From a virus, in IMG/VR virus record IMGVR_UViG_3300046171_000208, positions 37,694-101,693 of that record: a DNA stretch of 64,000 nt. The stretch is one strand, 5' to 3'. Below, in pieces: positions 11,004 to 19,212 of the stretch; within the stretch, counting starts at the first letter, position 1; every line of letters begins with the position of its first letter. A program made the position numbers and the translations under genes. Under the pieces are notes generated by a model. That model was given only the letters and a program-made list of their open reading frames with translations, was not told the DNA's origin and made no database searches.

Positions 11004-11191
11004 CGACATAAATAAATCAACCGACCACATTGATCGTGGTTTTGAGTTGATTCTCTCAGGAGGTAAAAGAAAGAGACCTAAAACATTTCGTCTATTGTTA
11101 GATAAGATGATATCTTTCTTTAACAAGGACATAAACATTCACCTTGACTTTTATGTGAATGTAAAAACCAAAAAATAATCTCAGGAGAATT

Positions 11192-11413
11192 ATGTTAGCA
11201 GTAAGCATTGTGTTCGCAGCATTTCTGTTTATATTGTTTCTAATTGTAGGAGTAATAGGTGGATGGGTTGCAAGGGATTACATGATGAATTATCAAGAGG
11301 TTGAAAAAATTCATCCAGAGATGTATGATAGAAATGGTAATATAGTTCCTGACGAAATAGTAGCATTCAGATTTGAAAATCATGACAACAACGACGAAGA
11401 TGACGACGACTAA
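11192..11413 (+). CDS. small membrane protein (conserved cyanophage hypothetical)
   Basis: N-terminal TM helix, HPEMYDRNGN motif, SD AGGAG. Confidence 0.7.
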   Translation: MLAVSIVFAAFLFILFLIVGVIGGWVARDYMMNYQEVEKIHPEMYDRNGNIVPDEIVAFRFENHDNNDEDDDD

Positions 11414-11978
11414 ACCAAAAGTGGTAAAAGCAAAGACAACAGCAATTCCAAAATTACCTAACATTCCATTTTGTTATGAGGTATTGGAAGCTGCATCAAA
11501 ACAAAGAACTAAAGCAAAGAAAATTGAAGTTCTAAAAACATATGCACACGATTCTATAATGGCAGTATTGATTTGGAATTTTGATGAATCAATAGTATCA
11601 TTACTTCCAGAGGGTGATGTTCCTTATGGTAATACAAGAGAAGATAACAGTGTGACTGGTTCTTTATCTGATAAGATTAATGATGCAGTCGGTATGATGA
11701 GAGAATCAGGTTCAGCATCATTGGGGTCTCAAGACCAAGGGAAGGCATCAATTCGTGGAGAGTATACAAAGTTCTATAACTTCTTAAAAGGAGGTAACAG
11801 TGGACTTTCTGGACTCCGTAGAGAGACAATGTTCATCAATATTCTTGAAGGATTACATCCACTTGAAGCAGAGATACTTGTTTTGGTTAAAGATAAAAAA
11901 TTAACTGATAGATATAAAATTACAAAGGATATTGTATCTGCTGCATATCCACAAATTACTTGGGGAGGACGTTCATGA
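11400..11978 (+). CDS. conserved T4-like cyanophage hypothetical protein
   Basis: LLPEGDVPY and RRETMFINILEGLHPLEAEIL motifs; start probably 11400. Confidence 0.75.
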   Translation: MTTTKPKVVKAKTTAIPKLPNIPFCYEVLEAASKQRTKAKKIEVLKTYAHDSIMAVLIWNFDESIVSLLPEGDVPYGNTREDNSVTGSLSDKINDAVGMMRESGSASLGSQDQGKASIRGEYTKFYNFLKGGNSGLSGLRRETMFINILEGLHPLEAEILVLVKDKKLTDRYKITKDIVSAAYPQITWGGRS

Positions 11979-12343
11979 CTAAACCACTAGGTGAATTATC
12001 ACAATCTGAAAAATCAGAGAAACCAGAAAAGAGAGAAACATATTGGACTTCAACTGAAAAAGAATCTCTTAAAGAATCATATGGTACAGAAATATTAGTT
12101 GAAAATGGTGCTCCTGCTGATGTACGGACAAAAGATGCACCAACTGATGCATCTATCGTAACCTATACTGTTGATGGTAAAGAGCATCAAGATTTAACTA
12201 GAGGTCCCAGAGTCAAGTTGTTTGATATGTATTATGATAAGTTTACGAATCTCAAACGTATTGACTACGGACAGGGAATGATTAAACCATCCTTATGGGG
12301 ATACAGTGGTGAAGCAGCACCCAAAAAGAAAAAACGGAAGTAG
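11975..12343 (+). CDS. conserved cyanophage hypothetical protein
   Basis: FDMYYDKF...IDYGQG..KPSLWG; ATGA overlap with the upstream gene. Confidence 0.7.
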   Translation: MTKPLGELSQSEKSEKPEKRETYWTSTEKESLKESYGTEILVENGAPADVRTKDAPTDASIVTYTVDGKEHQDLTRGPRVKLFDMYYDKFTNLKRIDYGQGMIKPSLWGYSGEAAPKKKKRK

Positions 12344-12352
12344 TTTTCAAAT

Positions 12353-12382
12353 ATGGCGGGAAAAAATCCCGCCATTTTTTTT
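12353..12382 (+). terminator. rho-independent terminator
   Basis: ATGGCGGGA-loop-TCCCGCCAT followed by a T-run. Confidence 0.85.
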
Positions 12383-12468
12383 GTCCTGTAGGGTTTTCAC
12401 GAAACAAAACCAATTATTTAGATTAAAAACAGGTTAAAAATCAGTTAAATGTAAAGAATATATAAAAA

Positions 12469-12484
12469 TGTATCGTAAATTACA
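12469..12484. promoter_or_regulatory. NtcA-box-like site
   Basis: TGTA-TCGTAAAT-TACA matches the cyanobacterial NtcA consensus GTA-N8-TAC. Confidence 0.65.
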
Positions 12485-12491
12485 AAACTAC

Positions 12492-12520
12492 TTGCATATA
12501 TAGAGTGAATGTGTTACTAT
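12492..12520 (+). promoter_or_regulatory. sigma70-type promoter for the riboswitch operon
   Basis: TTGCAT-N17-TACTAT; predicted TSS about 12527, just before the aptamer start CGTTCA. Confidence 0.55.
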
Positions 12521-12528
12521 TAACACAA

Positions 12529-12762
12529 CGTTCATCTTATGGGCATCCTATTATCAGCTTTAACTCTTATTGCTAGTCACGAACCAGTCCATTGGACTAT
12601 TAAGTGTGATAGGTGGATGGAACTCGCTTATGAAATCAAACAAGATCCATATCTTGATGATGCAAGTAAGTTGGGTTTAATCAACCATTTCAAGTATAAA
12701 GTAGAAGAAGCTTGTAATGTCGGGGAGACATAAGACGCAAGTAAGCCGACTCGGAACGGGTT
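12529..12762 (+). ncRNA. glutamine-II (Downstream-peptide) riboswitch aptamer 1, interrupted by an ORF in the P2 loop
   Basis: CGTTCA(12529)-TCTTATG ... CATAAGA-CGC-AAGTAAGCCGACTC-GGAACG-GGTT; same core as aptamer 2; possible pseudoknot AGCC/GGTT. Confidence 0.65.
12539..12733 (+). CDS. 64-aa protein nested in the riboswitch P2 loop
   Basis: Open frame with hydrophobic N-terminus and two Cys; ATG and TAA lie within the complementary heptamers TCTTATG/CATAAGA. Confidence 0.65.
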   Translation: MGILLSALTLIASHEPVHWTIKCDRWMELAYEIKQDPYLDDASKLGLINHFKYKVEEACNVGET

Positions 12763-12825
12763 CGTTCATCTCCTACGGGAGACGCACAAGTTGACTGAAG
12801 GAACGGATATTAAAAACATCCAATT
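12763..12825 (+). ncRNA. glutamine-II (Downstream-peptide) riboswitch aptamer 2
   Basis: CGTTCA-TCTCC-TACG-GGAGA-CGC-ACAAGTTGACTGAA-GGAACG; possible pseudoknot AGTTG/CAATT; directly upstream of SD and a YRG peptide. Confidence 0.85.
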
Positions 12826-12842
12826 ACTTTAGGAGAAAACCA

Positions 12843-12950
12843 ATGGCAAAAGTCACTTATCGTGGTGTTGTTTACGACACCAACAGAAACAAAGCTCAGC
12901 AAACAAAAGAGGTCGAACTCACATATCGTGGCATTGCTCACGCTAAGTAA
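12843..12950 (+). CDS. DUF4278-like small protein (35 aa)
   Basis: MAKVTYRGVVYDTNRNKAQQTKEVELTYRGIAHAK, two TYRG motifs, SD AGGAG at 12831; not in the ORF track. Confidence 0.85.
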   Translation: MAKVTYRGVVYDTNRNKAQQTKEVELTYRGIAHAK

Positions 12951-13042
12951 TGTTAGTTACTGCAGAAATTTTAGCAGCATCTGCTATATTTCTAACTATC
13001 ATTTACGCTGAAGCTAGATTCTTGTATGGATACAAGTTCTAA
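12950..13042 (+). CDS. 30-aa hydrophobic peptide
   Basis: MLVTAEILAASAIFLTIIYAEARFLYGYKF; TAATG coupling to the DUF4278 ORF; followed by a terminator. Confidence 0.6.
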   Translation: MLVTAEILAASAIFLTIIYAEARFLYGYKF

Positions 13043-13049
13043 ATTATAA

Positions 13050-13076
13050 GGAGGGGTTGTTACCCTCCTTTTTTTG
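13050..13076 (+). terminator. rho-independent terminator
   Basis: GGAGGG-loop-CCCTCC + T-run. Confidence 0.8.
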
Positions 13077-13104
13077 TGCTATAATAGTTGAAACAATAAT
13101 AACT

Positions 13105-13269
13105 ATGGACAGAGACAAACTCAAACTAATGGTTCGTAATTTGGAATTATTGGTAGATGACATAAAGGCAGAGGTCTTTTCTGATGTGGAATCTTATGTT
13201 GCTCCACCTCCTTCTATATCTCAAGATTATGATGAAATATTAGAGGACGACGATGGCTACCCCGATTAG
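13105..13269 (+). CDS. conserved cyanophage hypothetical protein
   Basis: MDRDKLKLMVRNLELLVD...DDDGYPD; TGCTATAAT upstream. Confidence 0.7.
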   Translation: MDRDKLKLMVRNLELLVDDIKAEVFSDVESYVAPPPSISQDYDEILEDDDGYPD

Positions 13270-13423
13270 CAGAGTAAAAAGATTAGTTAAAATGCTTGAA
13301 AGATTAAATAAACAACCTTATCTTTATGATGAGGATCAAGTCAAATTAATTAAAGAACAACTAAAGATTGCTAAAAATGAATTAGCAATGATTGAAGAAA
13401 AAACATCAAAAGGATTTAAATGA
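13253..13423 (+). CDS. small hypothetical protein (56 aa)
   Basis: MATPISRVKRLVKMLERL...YLYDEDQ...TSKGFK; fills the gap and overlaps the next ATG. Confidence 0.65.
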   Translation: MATPISRVKRLVKMLERLNKQPYLYDEDQVKLIKEQLKIAKNELAMIEEKTSKGFK

Positions 13424-13956
13424 TTGAAATTTTAGATTGTCCATTTGCCGATGAAATCAAAGGTAATTTAATTAAATGGTTTAAATTAGAAAAACAAAAT
13501 AAAGCATCTGGACTTGTTTTGAAGTCAAAGGAACATACTGAACCAGAGACTCCAGAGATTAAAAGATTATTTGAATGGATAGAGAGTGTAGTTCCTGATG
13601 TTGCTATAAAATTAGCACAAAGTTCAAATTCATTATTTAATGCTGAATATAGAAGGCATACAGCTAATTTTAAAATAGATGCATATTGGGGTCTTTATTA
13701 TAATTCAAATTCATTCGTATATCCTCACTCTCATTTTCCTCACGCACTATCTTTTGGATATTATATAAATGTTCCTGTAGGAAGTTCTCCTTTTACATTA
13801 ATGCAAAATAATAAAGAGGATATGGATTTTTATCCTAAAGAAGGAAATTTATTCATTTTTGATAGTTCTATTCAGCATGTTGTAAATCCATCTCCAGTTG
13901 CAGGTCGAATGATGCTTGCAGGAGATATTGCATACCTATCACGTTTTGGTAATTAA
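13420..13956 (+). CDS. putative 2OG-Fe(II) oxygenase (TIGR02466-like)
   Basis: HSH, YYINVP, PKEGNLFIFDSSIQHVV, R..LAG motifs. Confidence 0.8.
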   Translation: MIEILDCPFADEIKGNLIKWFKLEKQNKASGLVLKSKEHTEPETPEIKRLFEWIESVVPDVAIKLAQSSNSLFNAEYRRHTANFKIDAYWGLYYNSNSFVYPHSHFPHALSFGYYINVPVGSSPFTLMQNNKEDMDFYPKEGNLFIFDSSIQHVVNPSPVAGRMMLAGDIAYLSRFGN

Positions 13957-14598
13957 ATGGAAGTTAAATTAATTAGTGTTTCACCTGATGCCGAAAAACA
14001 TATGGCATATTGTGCTCGTGTGAGCAATCCAAATAATCAGGAAAATGATAATTACGCAGGTCTTTTAAAATACTGCATCAAACATCAGCATTGGTCAATT
14101 TTTGAGCAAGCATTTATGACTCTTGAAATCAATACGACAAGAGGACTTGCTGCACAAATATTAAGGCATCGCTCTTTTACATTTCAAGAGTTTAGTCAAA
14201 GATATGCAGATACAAATTTATTAGATGTAAATATACCTTTACCAGAATTAAGAAGACAGGATACAAAGAATCGTCAGAATAGTATTGATGATATACCAGA
14301 GGAACAAAGTAAAATGTTACTTGGTAGAATACAAAATTATTTTAATGAAGGACTTGATTTATATAATGAACTATTGAGAGAAGGTATTGCAAAAGAATGT
14401 GCAAGATTTGTTCTTCCATTAGCAACACCAACCCGCATTTATATGTCTGGAAGTGTTCGTTCTTGGGTACATTATATTGACCTTCGTTCTGGACACGGAA
14501 CACAAAAAGAACATATGGATATTGCAAATGCCTGTAAGTCAATATTTATTGAACAATTTCCTACTGTATCAGAGGCATTAGAGTGGAGTGAGAGTTAA
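13957..14598 (+). CDS. thyX: FAD-dependent thymidylate synthase
   Basis: HWSIFEQ, QILRHRSFTFQEFSQRY, ECARFVLP, GTQKEH. Confidence 0.97.
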   Translation: MEVKLISVSPDAEKHMAYCARVSNPNNQENDNYAGLLKYCIKHQHWSIFEQAFMTLEINTTRGLAAQILRHRSFTFQEFSQRYADTNLLDVNIPLPELRRQDTKNRQNSIDDIPEEQSKMLLGRIQNYFNEGLDLYNELLREGIAKECARFVLPLATPTRIYMSGSVRSWVHYIDLRSGHGTQKEHMDIANACKSIFIEQFPTVSEALEWSES

Positions 14599-16084
14599 AT
14601 CAATTTGTATAGTTGGTGGTGGTTCATCAGGATGGATGTCTGCTGCACTATTATCAAAAAACTTACCAGAAACGAAAATAATATTAATTGAATCAAACAC
14701 CATCAAACCAATTGGTGTTGGTGAGTCAACTTTGGCTGAATTTAATTATTATTTGAATGCTCTCGGATTGGAAGATAAAGATTGGATGCCATATTGTGAT
14801 GCTACTTATAAAACATCAATAGCATTTAAAAATTTTAGAGATGGAGACGGTGAAAGATTTCATTATCCATTTGGTCATTATGATTTGAGTGGCAAAGAAT
14901 CTTTGGAAATTTTTTACTTACTACAAAAAAAATATGGTGAAGAAATATATTCCCCCGAAGAGTTTGCAAGATTTGTTAATAAAGATGTATATTTGGCAGA
15001 ATTTAATAAAATTTCAAAAACTACACCGAATTCAACATTTGACTTTAAATTTAATATAGCATATCATTTGAATGCCAATAAATTTGGAGAATTTTTAAAG
15101 AATAAATTTGCAATACCAAATGGAGTTACAATAATAAATGCTGATTTAAATACTATCAAACTTGATGATCAAGGATACATTGATTATATAATTGCTGACA
15201 ATAAACTTGTAAAAGCAGATTTGTTTCTAGATTGCACTGGATTTAAATCTTTATTACTTGAAAATTCAGTAAATTCTGAATTTATATCTTTTGAAGATCA
15301 ACTACCTAATAATTCTGCATTAGTTTCGCATATACCATATACTAATAAAGAGACTGAAATGAAGAATTACACCGATTGTGTTGCCATGAATTATGGATGG
15401 TCATGGAATATTCCATTATGGAGTGATATTGGTGTCGGTTATGTTTACTCAGATAAATTTGTTGATGATAAAGAAGTCGAAAGTGAATTCAAAAAATTTT
15501 TAAACATAGATTGTGATTTGAGAAAGATTAATATCAAACATGGTAAACATAAAAAGGCTTGGTTAAAAAATGTGATTGGTATAGGATTATCATATGCTTT
15601 TATCGAACCTTTAGAGTCAACAGGTTTACTAACCACTCATCAAAATTTACTTGTATTATCTAACATCCTTAAAGATAGAAAAGTAATTAATAAATTTGAT
15701 ATTGATTTCTTTAATCAAAAAACCGATAATTACATTGATGTAATGAAAAATTTTGTTGTATTACATTGGATTCTATCATCAAGAGATGATAATGAATATT
15801 GGAATTTTTGTAGAGAAAAAATTGATTATAGAGGAGATATTTTTAACGTGATGGAATCTTTACTTAATAAAAAAACAGATAATGTAGGATTTACTTATAT
15901 TATGGCAGGTATGAACTACAAATTGCAATTTCCAATCATTGATGATTATTCATATTATTATGGTGATAAGTGTAATCATATTCATGATGGATATATGCAA
16001 GAAAAGAAATATATGTTACAATGGATAGAGGATCAACAATCTCACTATCATTTTTTATGTGATAATGTATATGGGTCTAAATAG
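14588..16084 (+). CDS. tryptophan halogenase-family flavin-dependent halogenase
   Basis: IVGGGSSG FAD motif, GVGEST, ATYK catalytic Lys, DCTGF, WSWNIP, FIEPLESTG. Confidence 0.9.
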   Translation: MRVKSICIVGGGSSGWMSAALLSKNLPETKIILIESNTIKPIGVGESTLAEFNYYLNALGLEDKDWMPYCDATYKTSIAFKNFRDGDGERFHYPFGHYDLSGKESLEIFYLLQKKYGEEIYSPEEFARFVNKDVYLAEFNKISKTTPNSTFDFKFNIAYHLNANKFGEFLKNKFAIPNGVTIINADLNTIKLDDQGYIDYIIADNKLVKADLFLDCTGFKSLLLENSVNSEFISFEDQLPNNSALVSHIPYTNKETEMKNYTDCVAMNYGWSWNIPLWSDIGVGYVYSDKFVDDKEVESEFKKFLNIDCDLRKINIKHGKHKKAWLKNVIGIGLSYAFIEPLESTGLLTTHQNLLVLSNILKDRKVINKFDIDFFNQKTDNYIDVMKNFVVLHWILSSRDDNEYWNFCREKIDYRGDIFNVMESLLNKKTDNVGFTYIMAGMNYKLQFPIIDDYSYYYGDKCNHIHDGYMQEKKYMLQWIEDQQSHYHFLCDNVYGSK

Positions 16085-16105
16085 TACACATAACTTTATA
16101 ATTAT

Positions 16106-16354
16106 ATGGCAACATACCCTGTAGTAAATACAAAAACTGGTGAACAGAAAGAAGTGATGATGAGTATCACAAAATGGGATCAGTGGTGTAAAGATAATCC
16201 TGATTGGTTGAGGGATTATTCTGATCCCTCTACTATGCCAGGTGTTGGTGAAGTCGGAGAATGGAAAGATAAGTTAAGAAAGAGTAAACCAGGTTGGAAT
16301 GATGTGCTTAAAAAAGCACAAAAATCACCAGGTTCTAGAGTAAAACCACTTTAA
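16106..16354 (+). CDS. conserved small protein upstream of phoH (FmdB-like annotation in relatives)
   Basis: MATYPVVNTKTGE...PGWNDVL; CTAAATA late promoter upstream. Confidence 0.7.
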   Translation: MATYPVVNTKTGEQKEVMMSITKWDQWCKDNPDWLRDYSDPSTMPGVGEVGEWKDKLRKSKPGWNDVLKKAQKSPGSRVKPL

Positions 16355-16358
16355 TCAA

Positions 16359-17117
16359 ATGCCAAGAAAAAAGAAGACTAATGGGGATCAACCCATAGGT
16401 ATCGGTTTAACTACGAAACAAATGAAACGTAAGAAACCGATTGGAAATAGTTACCTTCTTGATATTGAACCCATCACAGATAATCAAAAAAAACTTTTTG
16501 ATGCATATGCAGAGGATAAACATCTAGTTGCATATGGTACTGCAGGGACAGGTAAAACATTTATTTCATTATATAATGCTCTTGCAGATATTCTTGATGA
16601 AACTACACCATACGAAAGAATATATCTCGTTCGTTCTTTAGTTTCAACTCGTGAGATTGGGTTTTTACCTGGTGACCACGAAGATAAAGCTGATATTTAC
16701 CAGATACCATATAAAAATATGGTTAAGTATATGTTTCAAATGCCAACTGATGCTGACTTTGAAATGTTGTATGGTAATTTAAAAGCACAAGAGAGTATAA
16801 AATTTTGGAGTACTTCTTTTATAAGAGGAACTACATTAGATAATGCGATTGTAATTGTTGATGAATTTCAGAATCTTAATTTTCACGAATTAGATTCAAT
16901 TATGACTCGTATTGGTGAAAATAGTCGCATTATGTTTTGTGGTGATGCTAGTCAATCTGATTTGGTTAAAACAAATGACAGGAATGGCATACACGACTTT
17001 CTTAACATCTTGCGTAAAATGCCATCCTTTGATATAATAGAGTTTGGTATCAATGACATAGTTCGTTCTGGACTTGTCAAAGAATATATTATTGCAAAAC
17101 TTGATATTGGTCTTTAA
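16359..17117 (+). CDS. phoH: PhoH-family ATPase
   Basis: GTAGTGKT, IGFLPG, FIRGTTL, IVDEFQN, GDASQSDL, DIVRSGLVK. Confidence 0.96.
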   Translation: MPRKKKTNGDQPIGIGLTTKQMKRKKPIGNSYLLDIEPITDNQKKLFDAYAEDKHLVAYGTAGTGKTFISLYNALADILDETTPYERIYLVRSLVSTREIGFLPGDHEDKADIYQIPYKNMVKYMFQMPTDADFEMLYGNLKAQESIKFWSTSFIRGTTLDNAIVIVDEFQNLNFHELDSIMTRIGENSRIMFCGDASQSDLVKTNDRNGIHDFLNILRKMPSFDIIEFGINDIVRSGLVKEYIIAKLDIGL

Positions 17118-17800
17118 TGTTTAATCATGTTGATATTGATCTTCCAAAATTAAAAAGGGAAACTATAGATGGTGTTCGTTACTATTCTGTTCCTGACGAA
17201 GATGAATTAATTAAATTAGTTTCAATCACATCTGTTACCAGTCATTTTAATAAAGACATCTTTGTTAAATGGCGAAAAAGAGTAGGTGATGAAGAAGCAA
17301 ACCGTGTTACTAAGGCAGCTACCACCCGTGGTACTGATTTTCACACTCTAACTGAACATCATTTATTGAATGATGAGAAACTTCCAAAAGTTCCTCCGAT
17401 TTCTAATTTTCTGTTCAGTGTGGCGAAACAAAAAATTGGTAATATAAATAATATTTACGCTTTAGAGGGTTCGCTCTACAGTAGGCAACTAGGAATTGCT
17501 GGAACTGTTGATTGTATTGCAGAATACGAGGACGAGTTAGCGATAATAGACTTTAAGACTTCAAAGAAACCAAAACCAAGAGACTGGATAGAACATTACT
17601 TCGTCCAGTGTATGGCATACGGTTGTATGTTGTATGAATTAACGGGTATATCTGTTAAAAAATTAGTAATTATTATGTCCTGTGAAAATGGAGAATGCAT
17701 CGTCTATGAAGAATACAACAAAGCAAAGTACATCAAACTCCTCGGAGAATACATTAACAAATTTGTTCAAGATAAACTGGAAATCTATGGAACCGAATAA
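17117..17800 (+). CDS. PD-(D/E)XK exonuclease (Cas4-like)
   Basis: SITSV, RGTDFH, IAGTVDCIAE, IIDFKTS. Confidence 0.9.
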   Translation: MFNHVDIDLPKLKRETIDGVRYYSVPDEDELIKLVSITSVTSHFNKDIFVKWRKRVGDEEANRVTKAATTRGTDFHTLTEHHLLNDEKLPKVPPISNFLFSVAKQKIGNINNIYALEGSLYSRQLGIAGTVDCIAEYEDELAIIDFKTSKKPKPRDWIEHYFVQCMAYGCMLYELTGISVKKLVIIMSCENGECIVYEEYNKAKYIKLLGEYINKFVQDKLEIYGTE

Positions 17801-18050
17801 AGAACTAGAACAGGCAATCGAGAATAAATTCTTGACCCCATCTAAATTTGCAATCGAAATCGAAAAGATTGTTGCAGCAGAAGAAGACTTCAATTACATT
17901 GATGCAATCTGCTACTATTGCGAAACTAACAATATTGAGGTAGAATCAGTATCGAAGTTAATATCCAAACCTTTAAAAGAAAGATTAAAATGGGATGCAA
18001 CCCGTCTTAACTTTATGAAACCTACATCAAGAGCAAAATTGCCTTTATAA
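17787..18050 (+). CDS. gp33: late promoter transcription coactivator gp33
   Basis: FAIEIEKIV...YIDAI...LISKPLKERL...LNF; synteny with gp59/gp32. Confidence 0.88.
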   Translation: MEPNKELEQAIENKFLTPSKFAIEIEKIVAAEEDFNYIDAICYYCETNNIEVESVSKLISKPLKERLKWDATRLNFMKPTSRAKLPL

Positions 18051-18253
18051 TGAAAAAATCAGAATTGATTCATTGGAGATTGCAAGCGATGCTTCGTGAG
18101 CATTCTTTCCCTGATTTACAATACTTGGGTGTAAGACCTGACAGTATCGGTGTTGACCAACACTGGTATAAAATAGGAGAAGCAGAAGTTCCTGTTGACT
18201 CAATTACAGAATTAGATAGTGAAGAGGAAGAAGATGAAAGTGACTCCATTTGA
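18050..18253 (+). CDS. hypothetical protein
   Basis: 67-aa ORF coupled between gp33 and gp59. Confidence 0.65.
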   Translation: MKKSELIHWRLQAMLREHSFPDLQYLGVRPDSIGVDQHWYKIGEAEVPVDSITELDSEEEEDESDSI

Positions 18254-18830
18254 AACCTACCAATCATATCTATCAATGAAAAGTCATTTTACGAACCGTA
18301 AGTATGACTTTTTTAGGTATGGTGGTAAATCTCGTGCAACTATGACATCCTTTAATAAAAGGAAAGATAAGTATTGGTTTGAGAAAACGTCGAGAAAATA
18401 TTCTGATGACCAGATTGTTGATTTTCTATTAGCAAATTTTGTGACTACAGATAATCCAAAAAACTTATGGATTGGTGAGATTATCAATTCTGGGGAAAGA
18501 ACATATGCAGATTGGACAAGAAGACAACAGAGTATTTCTTATCTGTTTAAAGAAGAATGTTCTAAATTATTGGAAGAATATAAACTTGATGAGTTGTTTG
18601 AGTGTGGAAAAGGACATCCGATTATATTGAAGAGATTTCTAGGTGGTGATATATCATTAGAAACATTTGTTATCTTTGATATTATATTTGCGTTTTCAGA
18701 TAAGTTTGATGAAAAACTACTCGATCCCGTATGGGAAACCGTAAGTTTGAAGATAAGGAAGTATAAACCTTTCCTAAATATTAATGTATTCAACTTTAAA
18801 AAAATACTACGGGAAATCGTAAATGAGTGA
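18234..18830 (+). CDS. gp59: helicase loader gp59
   Basis: YLSMKSHF...YDFFRYGGK...FNKRKDKYWFEK...ISLET. Confidence 0.9.
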   Translation: MKVTPFETYQSYLSMKSHFTNRKYDFFRYGGKSRATMTSFNKRKDKYWFEKTSRKYSDDQIVDFLLANFVTTDNPKNLWIGEIINSGERTYADWTRRQQSISYLFKEECSKLLEEYKLDELFECGKGHPIILKRFLGGDISLETFVIFDIIFAFSDKFDEKLLDPVWETVSLKIRKYKPFLNINVFNFKKILREIVNE

Positions 18831-19155
18831 TTTTTTCGATTCAAACATAGTTCGTGAAGAACTACAAGAGATAAACGAATTGCAGTTATCTATTTACAAG
18901 AATGCAATGAAGTTTGGAACTTTTAGTCGTGAAGATAAAGTTGACCACATAGAAAGACTTACTGAATTATTAGAAAGACAAAAAGTAATGTACACTCGCA
19001 TTAGTCTCTCTGATGACCCAGAAGCAATTGAACTCAAGATTCATTTACAAAAATCAGTTGAACTTATGGGTTTCCCAGAAGGAACTGATATGTTGTTATT
19101 ATTCTCTGGTATGTCAAATACTATCGAGAATCTTAAGAACTCTATTGACAATTGA
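18823..19155 (+). CDS. DUF1825-like conserved protein
   Basis: FFDSNIVREEL...LLERQKVMYTRISLSDDPEA. Confidence 0.75.
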   Translation: MSDFFDSNIVREELQEINELQLSIYKNAMKFGTFSREDKVDHIERLTELLERQKVMYTRISLSDDPEAIELKIHLQKSVELMGFPEGTDMLLLFSGMSNTIENLKNSIDN

Positions 19156-19173
19156 TTCTTAATCTGTTATAAT
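19145..19173 (+). promoter_or_regulatory. sigma70-type promoter for gene 32
   Basis: TTGACA-N17-TATAAT. Confidence 0.85.
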
Positions 19174-19212
19174 CTAATTATCCAAAATATCCAATTTATC
19201 CGAGGTATCTAA

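Noticed and set aside
17117-17800. Cas4 as a sign of a CRISPR system
   Set aside because: This exonuclease is a standard neighbour of phoH and gp33 in T4-like cyanophages
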